A stretch of DNA of 64,000 nucleotides from the IMG/VR virus record IMGVR_UViG_3300037067_018293, positions 1 to 64,000 of that record; one strand, given 5' to 3'. Source of the DNA: a virus. Lineage: Duplodnaviria > Caudoviricetes. Positions within the stretch are counted from its first letter, which is position 1. Every line of letters begins with the position of its first letter. Below, piece by piece: positions 19,558-28,603 of the stretch. The position numbers and the translations under genes were made by a program. The notes under the pieces are model-generated. The model had not been told where the DNA came from, did not search any database, and saw only the letters and a program-made list of their open reading frames with translations.

Positions 19558-20028
19558 TTACTCCTGATCGTCTATCCCGTACTGTGGTGCCTGATCCCTA
19601 GGAATGAAATACTCTCGGTTATGTTTGAAGATTCGTTTCGCCAACGCCGCCACGAAATATATGGCCCCAAGCCCTACGAACTCCAGCCATGAACCGCCTT
19701 CACGCGGCCATTTGAAATCAAATTCAGTAAGACTGGACCAATTATCATTAAGTAGATCTATAAGGATCTGGGTAGTATGATCAGGGAAATCCTTCATCAG
19801 CTCGTTGTAGATTGCTTCTTCTATGAACTCTGGCGTTGCCATAGTCACGTCAAAATCATATCTATAGGCCAGTTCTTCGCATGAATCTAGCAATACTTCG
19901 TGTATTAACTGCACCGCTATATTGACGACCTTTTGTGGTATTGTTTCAGGAATGCCTTTGAGTGGGTGTGTGTCGCATGACGATCTCCTTTTGCCTTTCA
20001 TGAAAGCATTACTTTGCAGGACAACCAA
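19558..20028 (-). CDS. Hypothetical protein
   Basis: 156-aa ORF; its last codons contain AGGAG, the original RBS of the 18070 gene. Confidence 0.65.
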   Translation of the reverse strand: MVVLQSNAFMKGKRRSSCDTHPLKGIPETIPQKVVNIAVQLIHEVLLDSCEELAYRYDFDVTMATPEFIEEAIYNELMKDFPDHTTQILIDLLNDNWSSLTEFDFKWPREGGSWLEFVGLGAIYFVAALAKRIFKHNREYFIPRDQAPQYGIDDQE

Positions 20029-20461
20029 ACGAACCCATCATGTTGATGAGAGATTGGATTTTTTGTTTGGTCTCGACAGGTAGAAACTCTAGGCTACGGG
20101 CCAGCAGGCAAGCCGCACCTTTCAGTGGGACCAGCCAATCGATCGATTCCTTCTGCTTGAGCTTTTCCGCCACCGTGATGAGGGCGTCGGCTTCGTCGAG
20201 GCCAGCCACCGCCGTCAACTTGGATTTCTGCCACACGGGCTCGGCCTTCTTGACCGGCGCCATGCACTTGTCCACGCAAACCGGATCTTGCTTGCATTGC
20301 TCCTGGCACTTCTGGGTCTCGACCACCACGTAGGTGTCGAAGCCGGTCTGCGCCATCGCGACGGCCCCACGACCAATCAGAACGGTTGAGCGAGCCGTCT
20401 GATATGGGTTGGCACAACTGGCCAACAGGACCAACAGGGAAATCGGTAGAGCGTTACGCAT
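20009..20461 (-). CDS. Putative lipoprotein
   Basis: Signal peptide with lipobox LLASC; RBS GGAG upstream. Confidence 0.75.
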   Translation of the reverse strand: MRNALPISLLVLLASCANPYQTARSTVLIGRGAVAMAQTGFDTYVVVETQKCQEQCKQDPVCVDKCMAPVKKAEPVWQKSKLTAVAGLDEADALITVAEKLKQKESIDWLVPLKGAACLLARSLEFLPVETKQKIQSLINMMGSFGCPAK

Positions 20462-20475
20462 GTGTTTTCTCCTTT

Positions 20476-20907
20476 TCAGAATCCGTCAAACCCCTGCGGC
20501 AAACCAACATCGGTATGCTGTGGTTCTGTAGGCTGTTCATAACCTTTGGGTGTTGGGAGTGATTGCCAGTCGTTGATCAACTGATCCGCCAAGGCGATCA
20601 ACTGCTTCTCTAGTTTATCTCGTGCTCGCGCCAACGCGCGATATTCTCGGTCTGGAATAGACCCAGACAAAGACGAGGTAGACCGCAGCAACTCACCTAA
20701 TTTGTTCAGCTTGTTTCCAACTCCTGGTAGTTTGTGCAGCCATGGGTGCTGCACATCTATATGCTGCGTGTATTCTTTGATATACTGGATCGTATTGGCA
20801 CGGTACAGGTCTTCCAAGTTGTTCTTGAGTCTGAGGATCTGGTACACCCAAGTAGGTGGTTGTGCGTCTGCCAAACGGTATACTGCTCCTCGGTATAGAA
20901 TCAGCAT
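20476..20907 (-). CDS. Hypothetical helical protein starting MLILYRGAVYRLA
   Basis: ORF track, start refined to ATG 20907 with GGAG upstream. Confidence 0.65.
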   Translation of the reverse strand: MLILYRGAVYRLADAQPPTWVYQILRLKNNLEDLYRANTIQYIKEYTQHIDVQHPWLHKLPGVGNKLNKLGELLRSTSSLSGSIPDREYRALARARDKLEKQLIALADQLINDWQSLPTPKGYEQPTEPQHTDVGLPQGFDGF

Positions 20908-21041
20908 CGCGTTTCTTCTCCTAAACCAAACAGTATCAAGCAACGGCGTCCATCGGTATCGTAATTTTCCTGCCCGAAAACCTATTTCCTCTTGCAATTC
21001 TAACCGCTCGGGCAGAGTAGTCCATGGCACAAAAATATCAC

Positions 21042-21070
21042 TTGACCGTGGTGTGGGCCAGTTGTAACAT
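21042..21070 (+). promoter_or_regulatory. Sigma70-like promoter for the small plus-strand operon
   Basis: TTGACC-N17-TAACAT upstream of the 21116-22079 genes. Confidence 0.55.
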
Positions 21071-21145
21071 AGGTATTGGAGCTGAGGAGAACCGCCTCTC
21101 TAAAGAATAACATATTTGATAGTACAAAAGAATCCTGGAGGTAGC

Positions 21146-21328
21146 ATGTTGGTCGACCTAACGAAACTCGAACGCGACGTCTTGGTAAAAGCTTGTGCAG
21201 AGCTGCTGGCGGGCGAATGGGACGCCACGGAAGAACAAGCTGCTGCTCTCGCGAGTGCTCAGCGAAAATTATCAAAACAAACCAGAAAATTAGTGTACGA
21301 CAACATATACAAGGACGATCCAGCATGA
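21146..21328 (+). CDS. Small hypothetical protein
   Basis: MLVDLTKLERD...; GGAGG RBS before ATG. Confidence 0.6.
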   Translation: MLVDLTKLERDVLVKACAELLAGEWDATEEQAAALASAQRKLSKQTRKLVYDNIYKDDPA

Positions 21329-21555
21329 TGTACGAAACTAAGTGCGGTGACTGTCTGCACGAAACCCGATGTCGCATGCTACTGGACCAAAGTTTTGATC
21401 CAGAAGGCCCTTGTGACTGGACACCATCACGGTATCGACATGGGTCAGCCAGGGTTTGCCCAGCCTGTGGATTTAAGTACGGACATAATGTAGAATGCCG
21501 TTACGTTGTCGACGCTACGAAACAAAAGTTTAGTCTGGAGGATCCAACGCCATGA
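21325..21555 (+). CDS. Small Cys-rich (zinc-binding) protein
   Basis: MMYETKCGDC...CPACG...C; ATGA overlap with the upstream gene. Confidence 0.55.
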   Translation: MMYETKCGDCLHETRCRMLLDQSFDPEGPCDWTPSRYRHGSARVCPACGFKYGHNVECRYVVDATKQKFSLEDPTP

Positions 21556-22079
21556 ATAAATATACTGAATCGTCACCATCTCAAACTTGGGAGACCATCG
21601 CGAAGCAAATAGAACAACGACATGAACCGTCGTCTGACGTCTTGGTGCTGAAAAAGCAAGGCGATGGCGTGACGGTTGCGTTCGTAGATGAACCTTTCGC
21701 TTTTGAGGCTGTATGGGAGGAGTCAAATGGTTGGGTGCCGTTCAACGAACCCTATGTACTGCACCAAAATAGTCAACCTGCCCTCAGGATCTTGATCAAC
21801 GTCGCGGTTATTAGTAAGCCAAATAGAAAAACAAAACCCACGCCCATGTACTGGGAAATGGGAACCGATACGTTCAAGAAACTGGTCAGGTTACGCGAAA
21901 AGTACGGACTGGACGACTGGCTGTACAGCATCGAACGGCTCGATGATGACGACGCTGAACCAGGCTACGAAATTTTGCCCGACGGCAAAATGGACTCCGA
22001 GATGAAGAACCACATAGCCGTGTTGCCTCGTATTTGCCTCGCCACCACGAAAGGACTGCCAAATCCCTATGACCAATAA
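21552..22079 (+). CDS. Possible single-stranded DNA-binding (OB-fold-like) phage protein
   Basis: Beta-rich pattern with aromatic residues (VTVAFVDEPF...LRILINVAV...KYGLDDWLYSIER). Function is a recalled resemblance only. Confidence 0.4.
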   Translation: MNKYTESSPSQTWETIAKQIEQRHEPSSDVLVLKKQGDGVTVAFVDEPFAFEAVWEESNGWVPFNEPYVLHQNSQPALRILINVAVISKPNRKTKPTPMYWEMGTDTFKKLVRLREKYGLDDWLYSIERLDDDDAEPGYEILPDGKMDSEMKNHIAVLPRICLATTKGLPNPYDQ

Positions 22080-22279
22080 CGATCTGTGCTACGTCGAACC
22101 GTACTGTGACTATCTCCTGTCTGAAACTGGACAACTGATCATCAGCGGTGAGTGTCGCCAATTTTGAGCATTGTGACCAGAAAGGTAATCCTGTTTGCCA
22201 GTATAGAATGAGCGGCCTGACCGAAAGTCAGGTCGCCAACGCCATGACGCCCCAGCAAGCAGATGAATTCTACGTAGGG

Positions 22280-22576
22280 CTAGAAAAACGGAAACACTGG
22301 ACTTGCGGCATCGGCAACGCTCAACATGTTCCAGAAGGCCCCGGCCTCGAAATCATCGGCATCGTGAGGATCCCACGCGAGCAGTACGCGTCCGTTGACC
22401 CGAGCACCCAAGACGTTCTCGCTGGTAGTGTAGAGCAGGAACATTTCCTCGTCGACGCCGGCGTTCCGCATCACGATGGGTTCGACGCGTTCCACCCGTT
22501 CGTTGGGGTGCCACAGGGCGTCACCCAACGGTGCCACCGCTTTGGTGCGGGCGACTTCCCCGACGTCATTCAGCAT
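22280..22576 (-). CDS. Hypothetical protein
   Basis: 98-aa ORF overlapping the upstream stop. Confidence 0.55.
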   Translation of the reverse strand: MLNDVGEVARTKAVAPLGDALWHPNERVERVEPIVMRNAGVDEEMFLLYTTSENVLGARVNGRVLLAWDPHDADDFEAGAFWNMLSVADAASPVFPFF

Positions 22577-23387
22577 CTTGTTTCGCCTTCTGCCACGCGG
22601 CCCGCATGGGCGCCAGCATGTTGTATTGCCGCATCAGTTCCAAAGCATCGTTCAGCAACCCCTTGGTCTGAAGTTTGCCCAGTTCTTTGCGAAGTCCATG
22701 TTCCGTCAGGTCGGCCAAGTGCTGTACCGACGCCTTCAACGCCGCGACGACATCGTCCGAAGGCATCCAGCCGTACTGTGCCATGAACCGGATGAGCCGT
22801 AGCATTTGCCGGGGCTGCTCGCGGAAGTTCCGCAGGCTGTCGGCGTTCGGGATGGCGCGGAGCGTCCCGCTGGCCAAATCCTGGCGCCCCAGGCCCGTGG
22901 GGTCTACGATCTCGCCGGTGGACAAATCCTTCAACAGTGTGTTGACGGTGAAGTCCCGACGTTTCGCGTCTTCCTCGACGGGGCCGAACTGGGTCGATTG
23001 TTCCCCGTTCAACCAGACGGCCTCTTGGGCGTCCACGGCGTCGAGTTCCGCGCCCTTAACCCGGAACACCTGCCCGTCCAACGTGACGTCCTGGGGAAAT
23101 ACAGCGTGCCACACGGGGTAGTCCAGGGCCAAGGGTTCGACCAGAACGTCGGGATCGACGTCTTGTAGCAGTCCACACAGCCGTTGAGCACCATACGGCA
23201 ACGCCACCACGACATCGAGGTCCGCCGCTTCTTTGCCCAGCAGCTCGTCGCGGACGTAGCCCCCGACGGCCAGCACTTTGCTATGGAACCGCGTGCCCTG
23301 TACGACCGCTTTGATCAGCCGCTCTAGCTCGCGTTCGGCGGGACCTGCGTCGCGTACTTTGGACTGACTGCATTGTATACATTTCAT
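22566..23387 (-). CDS. tRNA nucleotidyltransferase / poly(A) polymerase-family head domain protein
   Basis: VGGYVRDELLG, ADLDV (DxD), DAKRRDFTVN, IVDPTGLGRQDL; motif D diverged (EQPRQMLR). Confidence 0.85.
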   Translation of the reverse strand: MKCIQCSQSKVRDAGPAERELERLIKAVVQGTRFHSKVLAVGGYVRDELLGKEAADLDVVVALPYGAQRLCGLLQDVDPDVLVEPLALDYPVWHAVFPQDVTLDGQVFRVKGAELDAVDAQEAVWLNGEQSTQFGPVEEDAKRRDFTVNTLLKDLSTGEIVDPTGLGRQDLASGTLRAIPNADSLRNFREQPRQMLRLIRFMAQYGWMPSDDVVAALKASVQHLADLTEHGLRKELGKLQTKGLLNDALELMRQYNMLAPMRAAWQKAKQDAE

Positions 23388-23440
23388 AGCCACCTCTGTC
23401 TAGTTAAATATCACACAGATTTTCAAGCATGCCATTTATA

Positions 23441-23930
23441 TTATTTCTTTTGCACCAGCAACGTACTGGCTTTTTCTACCGACTGTAGTTTTTTGTAATT
23501 TACGTTAGCGTTCACGGTAGTACCGTCTAAACACCTTACATCAAACGCTCCACTGGTTCTACGCGCAAACACAAAACACTCCTGACCTTTCAACAATACT
23601 TTATCAAACAACTGAAAGCCATGAACATAACGAGCGGCTTTGTTGGCTTTCCTGATGCCACCCTTCTGAACCGTAGCTTTATGGAGCTGTCGGTTTTGTC
23701 CACGCACTTGTCGCATAGCATAAGGATCGGTTGGTGTAGCTAGTGTATTTCCACTAATACACCGAGCGTCTATCGCGTGAGACTTTTCAAAATCGTGTTG
23801 TTTCCTAATATATTTTGTAACATAACCGTAGGTTTCGGTTACGTTGGGGTATAGATTCTTGACGGCCTGAAGAACAAATTTCCTCATGGTGGTGATTTGA
23901 CCAGCATCCCTAAAAGAAGGACGCTTACGA
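23441..23930 (-). pseudogene. iscB: IscB C-terminal fragment (post-HNH, RuvC-III)
   Basis: SFRDA...YGYVTK...KSHAIDA...RQVRGQNRQLH...GFQLFDKV. Confidence 0.85.
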
Positions 23931-23931
23931 G

Positions 23932-25197
23932 TCAACTACCCCTAGCTAAAGCAAGGGGCTTGTGAGATCCAGTCCCACGATTTTTCCGAGTTCGACGAAG
24001 ATGCTTACGTTTAAGCCAGAGCCTAAAAGCAGAGGCAACCTCTCCCTCGGCGTAACTTCCTGGCGTTGCACCAGTAGATTTACAAAACAGATAAAGGTTG
24101 ACAAGGTTTTGTGCGGCGTTTTGATCTCGATCATGCTGGGTTCCACACTCTGGACAAGTCCACTTCCTGATGGACAAATCCTTGGTGTTTTTATTTCGGT
24201 ACCCACAGCAGCTACACAGTTGAGAGCTAGGGAACCACTTAGAAACTTTGACGAACAACTTACCCAGTTGTTCGGCCCTAAGCATCAGCATGGTTCTCAG
24301 CTCACCGAAACCCAACCTACCGATGGATTTACCGTAGCGTCTACGCTTCCCGCGTTTCATCATGCCGGTAAGATCAATATCCTCCACCACGATGACGTCG
24401 TAACGAGCCAGCAGCCTACAGCAAATCAACCTCAGGAGGTTAAGTCTTTTGTTCCTTGTCTTCTCATGAATCAACGCGACCTTTATCTTTTGCTTTTCAT
24501 ACCCTTTAGATCCTCTTGTCCTCCTGCTAAGAATTCGTTGGGCTCGGGCAGTTTTCTTTTCTTGCCTTCGTATCCACTCCAGGTGTTTGGCTTTCGCACC
24601 CTTATGTGTAACGATCAGGTCATGAAAAGAAAAGTCCAAGCCAACTACGTTATTGGAATCGATCTCTTGTTTAGGGAGATCATCTTGTTCCGTCAAGATA
24701 GAAACAAAATACTTACCCGTAGGTTCCTGTGTGATGGTAACGTGTTTAATCTTGCCCTCAACCCTACGGTGGAGCACTACGTCCAAAAGACCAACTTTAG
24801 GAAGTCTGAGTTTACCGTTCTCTATTCTGATGTTTTGATTAATACAGCTAGTGGTATAACTCTTCTTGGTTTTGTGCTTAGACTTAAACTTAGGAAACCT
24901 AGTCTTACGCTTCTTAGAGAGCTTACGATCTTTGAGAAAACGAGACAACGCTTGCTTAAGGTTCATCTGGACGTTACACAATGCCATGCTATCGATGTCT
25001 TTGAGGAATGGATATTCATCTTTATAATGTGCTGGAGTAGGATAGGAAAACTTCTTAGTTTTATTGTAACTAGTTTTGAGATCATGCAGCATCAGGTTCC
25101 AAACAAACCTAGCGCAACCAAACGTCTGATTCAGCAGATTAGCCTGTTGATCATCCGGGTAGGCTTGAAATCTGTAGGCTTTATTTACCACAACCAT
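23932..25197 (-). CDS. tnpB: TnpB RNA-guided endonuclease
   Basis: NKAYRFQAYP HTH, FGCARFVWN, RuvC GLDFS / VVEDI / DRDQNAAQN, zinc finger CSCCG...CPECG. Confidence 0.95.
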   Translation of the reverse strand: MVVVNKAYRFQAYPDDQQANLLNQTFGCARFVWNLMLHDLKTSYNKTKKFSYPTPAHYKDEYPFLKDIDSMALCNVQMNLKQALSRFLKDRKLSKKRKTRFPKFKSKHKTKKSYTTSCINQNIRIENGKLRLPKVGLLDVVLHRRVEGKIKHVTITQEPTGKYFVSILTEQDDLPKQEIDSNNVVGLDFSFHDLIVTHKGAKAKHLEWIRRQEKKTARAQRILSRRTRGSKGYEKQKIKVALIHEKTRNKRLNLLRLICCRLLARYDVIVVEDIDLTGMMKRGKRRRYGKSIGRLGFGELRTMLMLRAEQLGKLFVKVSKWFPSSQLCSCCGYRNKNTKDLSIRKWTCPECGTQHDRDQNAAQNLVNLYLFCKSTGATPGSYAEGEVASAFRLWLKRKHLRRTRKNRGTGSHKPLALARGS

Positions 25198-25199
25198 GG

Positions 25200-25228
25200 A
25201 TTATAACATGGATCTAATGGAACGTCAA
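25200..25228 (-). promoter_or_regulatory. Sigma70 promoter of tnpB
   Basis: TTGACG-N17-TATAAT directly upstream of tnpB. Confidence 0.7.
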
Positions 25229-25289
25229 CGACTAAACGTCGCTTTCCTCCCCCAGCTAAAGCAAGGGGATTCCAGCGACTTCTGGTTGA

Positions 25290-25805
25290 AAAACGTGGTT
25301 GTCGGTAACGTGTTTTTCTACCTCGCCTGGTTCTACGATAAGCTCTTTTCTCTGACAATAAATCCACCACATCGGTTCTAAGCTGGACGTCAGCACTGTA
25401 GAGTTCTTGCTTTTTAGAAACTGCTGATAAGCCGACATGGACGAAACCGCTGTCTACACCCAGCCTGATGGGTTGTTTAGTTTCGCCCGACGGTTGGAGC
25501 AACTGGATGGTAAAGGGTGTTCTTTTCTTTACCTTGGCTTTTCCTTCTTTCAGCAATACCCTGGCTTTCCTAGGTGTTGTGGGCATCAAGGGTTGACCAC
25601 GTTGGTTCAAGACATAAACGACAGATACTGTCTTACGAGAGTTCTGTCCGTTGGCCGAAGCCAACGTAAGAGCCTCATCGGGACGGTTGGAAGAGGTTTT
25701 TAAACACTGGACACCACCCTTACCCCTCAGGGTTTTTAATCCAGCGTCACAGTTGCCCGCAGCTTGAGGAGCACCACGGGGTGTGTATGTATTTCTCTCA
25801 ACCAA
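25290..25805 (-). pseudogene. iscB: IscB N-terminal fragment (PLMP, RuvC-I, bridge helix)
   Basis: Near-identical to the N-terminus of IscB 1 up to RYRQPRF, then interrupted. Confidence 0.85.
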
Positions 25806-25880
25806 CGTTTACACCTTTCAGTGTTCCCTAGTCAACCAGGGGCTTTTTCAAGCCCCTACCTTTAAGTAGGGGTGGTTGAC
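25630..25880 (-). ncRNA. Putative omegaRNA of IscB element 3
   Basis: Highly similar to the element 1 and 2 leaders. Confidence 0.7.
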
Positions 25881-25958
25881 CGTCGCACGTTACGAAAAGA
25901 CCAACCGAAACAACAACACCGAGAAACAAAATGGTACGCATGACAAAACTCCTATGGG

Positions 25959-28247
25959 TTAGGGCAGGACACCCGTTAGGATCTGGGCATCCGGTATATT
26001 GGCCTGCAGGCTCGTGACGTTTCGCGGGCCTGCGGCGGGAACACGAGATCGTTTCTTGGCAATCTTCGTCAACAGCTCAAACTCTTTGTTGAGTTGTCGA
26101 TCCAAACCCCGCTGATTTGCCAAATCAACGAGGTGGTGCTGCAGGTGCTGGATCGTTGTGTCGGACAATGTCGGGGCCTTCATGAAACCCAAGCGTGCGG
26201 CACAATATTGCACGGCCTCGGATTGCAATTCCGTCAGCCCCTGCTTTTTCAGATAGCGAGACAGCACGCGCCCCTCGCGATCCTCTGGTTTGCGGTGCGC
26301 CACCAGATCGACCATGTGGGCGACGCGACGGCGAGGCAGGCCGAACAGGTGGTCCGTCTCGTTCCACACCGCTACGTTGCCGAGCGCCCGCTCCAGGTCG
26401 GGGTAGCGGGGATCCGCATACCTTTGCAACTTGGTAGGCTTTTCCACCGTGAAGCGGGGGGCCAAGAGACTGGCGCCCGCACCCTCACCCCCCGAAGGAG
26501 GGGCCGCAGGGGCTTCAGGCGCCTCGGTGGCGGGCGCAGGCAGCTCGGGGGTAGCGGGGGGCGTCCCCATCTCCGCAGGCCCCAGGTCAAAGCCACCGCC
26601 CTCTAGGTCGGGGCCAAACTCGGTCTCGCCACCCCCGCCCAGGTCCCCGAACCCACCGCCACCTTCACCCAGGCCCCCGCCCCCGATGGCACCAGCGCCT
26701 CCAGTATATTGGCCTTCGAGGTCGAACCCAGCTTTGTCCGCCTGCTTCGCCAACGCCGACTTGATCTTGTAGACCTTGGCGCGGTCTTCGAGTTCCTGCT
26801 GTGCGTTCTCGAACGACTCGTCCAAATCGTAACCAGCGGCCTGCGCCCATTTGCGCATGTGAACCGGGATCCCCTTAGCCTGCATCTGCTCCAAGAGGTT
26901 CCAGTAATCAGTGTCGGCCTGCGGTTCGAGTGGTTCGTCCCACTCGACCTCCGGAATAATCAGATCGGCATCGGTGTAGTCACGCTTGGCGATGCGGTAG
27001 TGGTGTGCCGTCTGTGTCTTGGGCGTGTAGACGAAGCCGTTGATGCGGGCCAACGTCTTCAACATCTTGTTGACGATGACTTCTTCGGTCAGGTGGTACC
27101 GAATGGCCCGCAGCTTCTCGACGAAGATCTGCACCACCTTATCCATGCTGTTGTAACTAGCCTCCCCACTTAAAAACGACTCTGAGATACCAAGAGCATT
27201 TAGCTTGGCGTTCTTGATGAATTCGTACTCGTCCGACAGGGTCCAGAAATCTCCCTTGCCCCCACCCATCGACGTAACGGTAACTTCGCCGCGAACCGCT
27301 ACCTTGCCACCGATCGGATCCTCCTCGATGGCGAAGAATTGATCGATGATGTCTTGGATTTCTTCCGCCTCGTAGTTCTCCGGTACCGAGATGACCCACA
27401 CGGGACCAGCGCGCCGACGCGCCGCCATGGTCTCGGCGTCGAGCAACGCCTTCTCCATGATCTTGAACGGAATGATGCGGGTTAAGTATGAGGTGCCGTA
27501 GTAGTCGGTCGCGTGGGCTTTACGCGGCAAGAAAATAGAATCCTGTGCAGGAATGGGGTACGTCTCGCCCGTCGCCATCATTTTGACGAGTTTGGGATCA
27601 TACGCCTGTCTGCGTTCCATAACACGAGGATCCCTCGACAACGCCCACTTAACTTGTTCGTTGGTAGGCTGTACGTTGATGAGGTAGTCGTCGCCCGAAA
27701 ATACCGGTGCCGTTACCTCGACGAAATCCAAGTCGTGGATGACGTTGCGAACCCAATAACCCTTTCGCTCATCCATTTCCATCTGCGTGACGAACTTGCC
27801 GAACACCAGGTACTGGTCCAGCAACCACTTCATTTGCGACACGATGCCGGACGCTTCAAGTGCATCCTCGTAGAACTGATGCATCTTGTTATCTTCAAGA
27901 CCGCCGAGACGAACGTAGCGACTGAACGCTAGGTCGCGCCAATATTCAGTCGCTGGGCCCGCGACAGGATCATAGATGATGAGGTTCTTGAAAATCTTGT
28001 TCTGCGTCTGTGTGTCGGTCGGCATGAACTCTTCGGCCAGCGTAGGGTCCTCAGCCCGTTCATACACTGGACTGTAGGGCTGGAATGCCCCGCCGCCCGC
28101 ACTGTTAAGTCCACCATAACCAGTCCCGACGTTAGCAGCGGTCCTGGTGTTCCGCTTCGTTTTACTGTGTCCTCGGCTAACGGCCGCGACACGTCGACCT
28201 ACCGACTGAAAACGCCCGTGACTAAAATCGTACTTGGGGTAAAACAC
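25959..28247 (-). CDS. Putative phage portal protein with Gly/Pro/acidic linker and extra C-terminal domain
   Basis: Two genes downstream of the terminase; 762 aa; helical core resembling large-phage portals. Confidence 0.65.
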   Translation of the reverse strand: MFYPKYDFSHGRFQSVGRRVAAVSRGHSKTKRNTRTAANVGTGYGGLNSAGGGAFQPYSPVYERAEDPTLAEEFMPTDTQTQNKIFKNLIIYDPVAGPATEYWRDLAFSRYVRLGGLEDNKMHQFYEDALEASGIVSQMKWLLDQYLVFGKFVTQMEMDERKGYWVRNVIHDLDFVEVTAPVFSGDDYLINVQPTNEQVKWALSRDPRVMERRQAYDPKLVKMMATGETYPIPAQDSIFLPRKAHATDYYGTSYLTRIIPFKIMEKALLDAETMAARRRAGPVWVISVPENYEAEEIQDIIDQFFAIEEDPIGGKVAVRGEVTVTSMGGGKGDFWTLSDEYEFIKNAKLNALGISESFLSGEASYNSMDKVVQIFVEKLRAIRYHLTEEVIVNKMLKTLARINGFVYTPKTQTAHHYRIAKRDYTDADLIIPEVEWDEPLEPQADTDYWNLLEQMQAKGIPVHMRKWAQAAGYDLDESFENAQQELEDRAKVYKIKSALAKQADKAGFDLEGQYTGGAGAIGGGGLGEGGGGFGDLGGGGETEFGPDLEGGGFDLGPAEMGTPPATPELPAPATEAPEAPAAPPSGGEGAGASLLAPRFTVEKPTKLQRYADPRYPDLERALGNVAVWNETDHLFGLPRRRVAHMVDLVAHRKPEDREGRVLSRYLKKQGLTELQSEAVQYCAARLGFMKAPTLSDTTIQHLQHHLVDLANQRGLDRQLNKEFELLTKIAKKRSRVPAAGPRNVTSLQANIPDAQILTGVLP

Positions 28248-28250
28248 GTG

Positions 28251-28595
28251 TTACTTTTCCTCTTCGTCGTTTTGCCACAAAACAATGCGACAATCCCCAG
28301 AACAAAACTTCGCCGGTGTATAGTCCGCGAGCTTCACGTCCATCATGGTTTTGCCACAACGCGGACACACCCCATCCTTCAGGCTGGCGTCGATCTTCTG
28401 AAACGTCTGTGATTCAGCAGCGGCATCGACGGCCATGGACCGTCGCCGAAACGCTTCCAACTCCTGCACCAACACGTCGCTGAACGACGCGACGCCAGCA
28501 AACCGTAGGGTGCCGGCAATCCGGTAAACTTCGTGGTCCGTCAACTCGACGTTGGTCTGCTGCGCCTTCTGGCGAATATCATCATAGATCGACAT
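28251..28595 (-). CDS. Small zinc-ribbon protein
   Basis: CPRCG...FCSGDC. Confidence 0.7.
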   Translation of the reverse strand: MSIYDDIRQKAQQTNVELTDHEVYRIAGTLRFAGVASFSDVLVQELEAFRRRSMAVDAAAESQTFQKIDASLKDGVCPRCGKTMMDVKLADYTPAKFCSGDCRIVLWQNDEEEK

Positions 28596-28603
28596 CTTGA
28601 TCC

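Larger units (their letters stand above)
23931..25290 (-). mobile_element. IS605/IS1341-type TnpB-only element
   Basis: Hairpins CCCCTTGC-TTTA-GCTRGGGG at both ends (~25250-25270 and ~23940-23958); right end ...GGGGTAGTTGAC. Confidence 0.8.
23436..25880 (-). mobile_element. IscB element 3, disrupted by a TnpB element
   Basis: Left end GTCAACCACCCC at 25880, omegaRNA leader, iscB 5' part (to ~25290) and iscB 3' part (23441-23930). Confidence 0.8.

Noticed and set aside
22148-22786. 212-aa plus-strand ORF
   Set aside because: Mostly antisense to the 22280 and 22566 genes; only its first ~55 codons might be a small gene, which is insufficient support.
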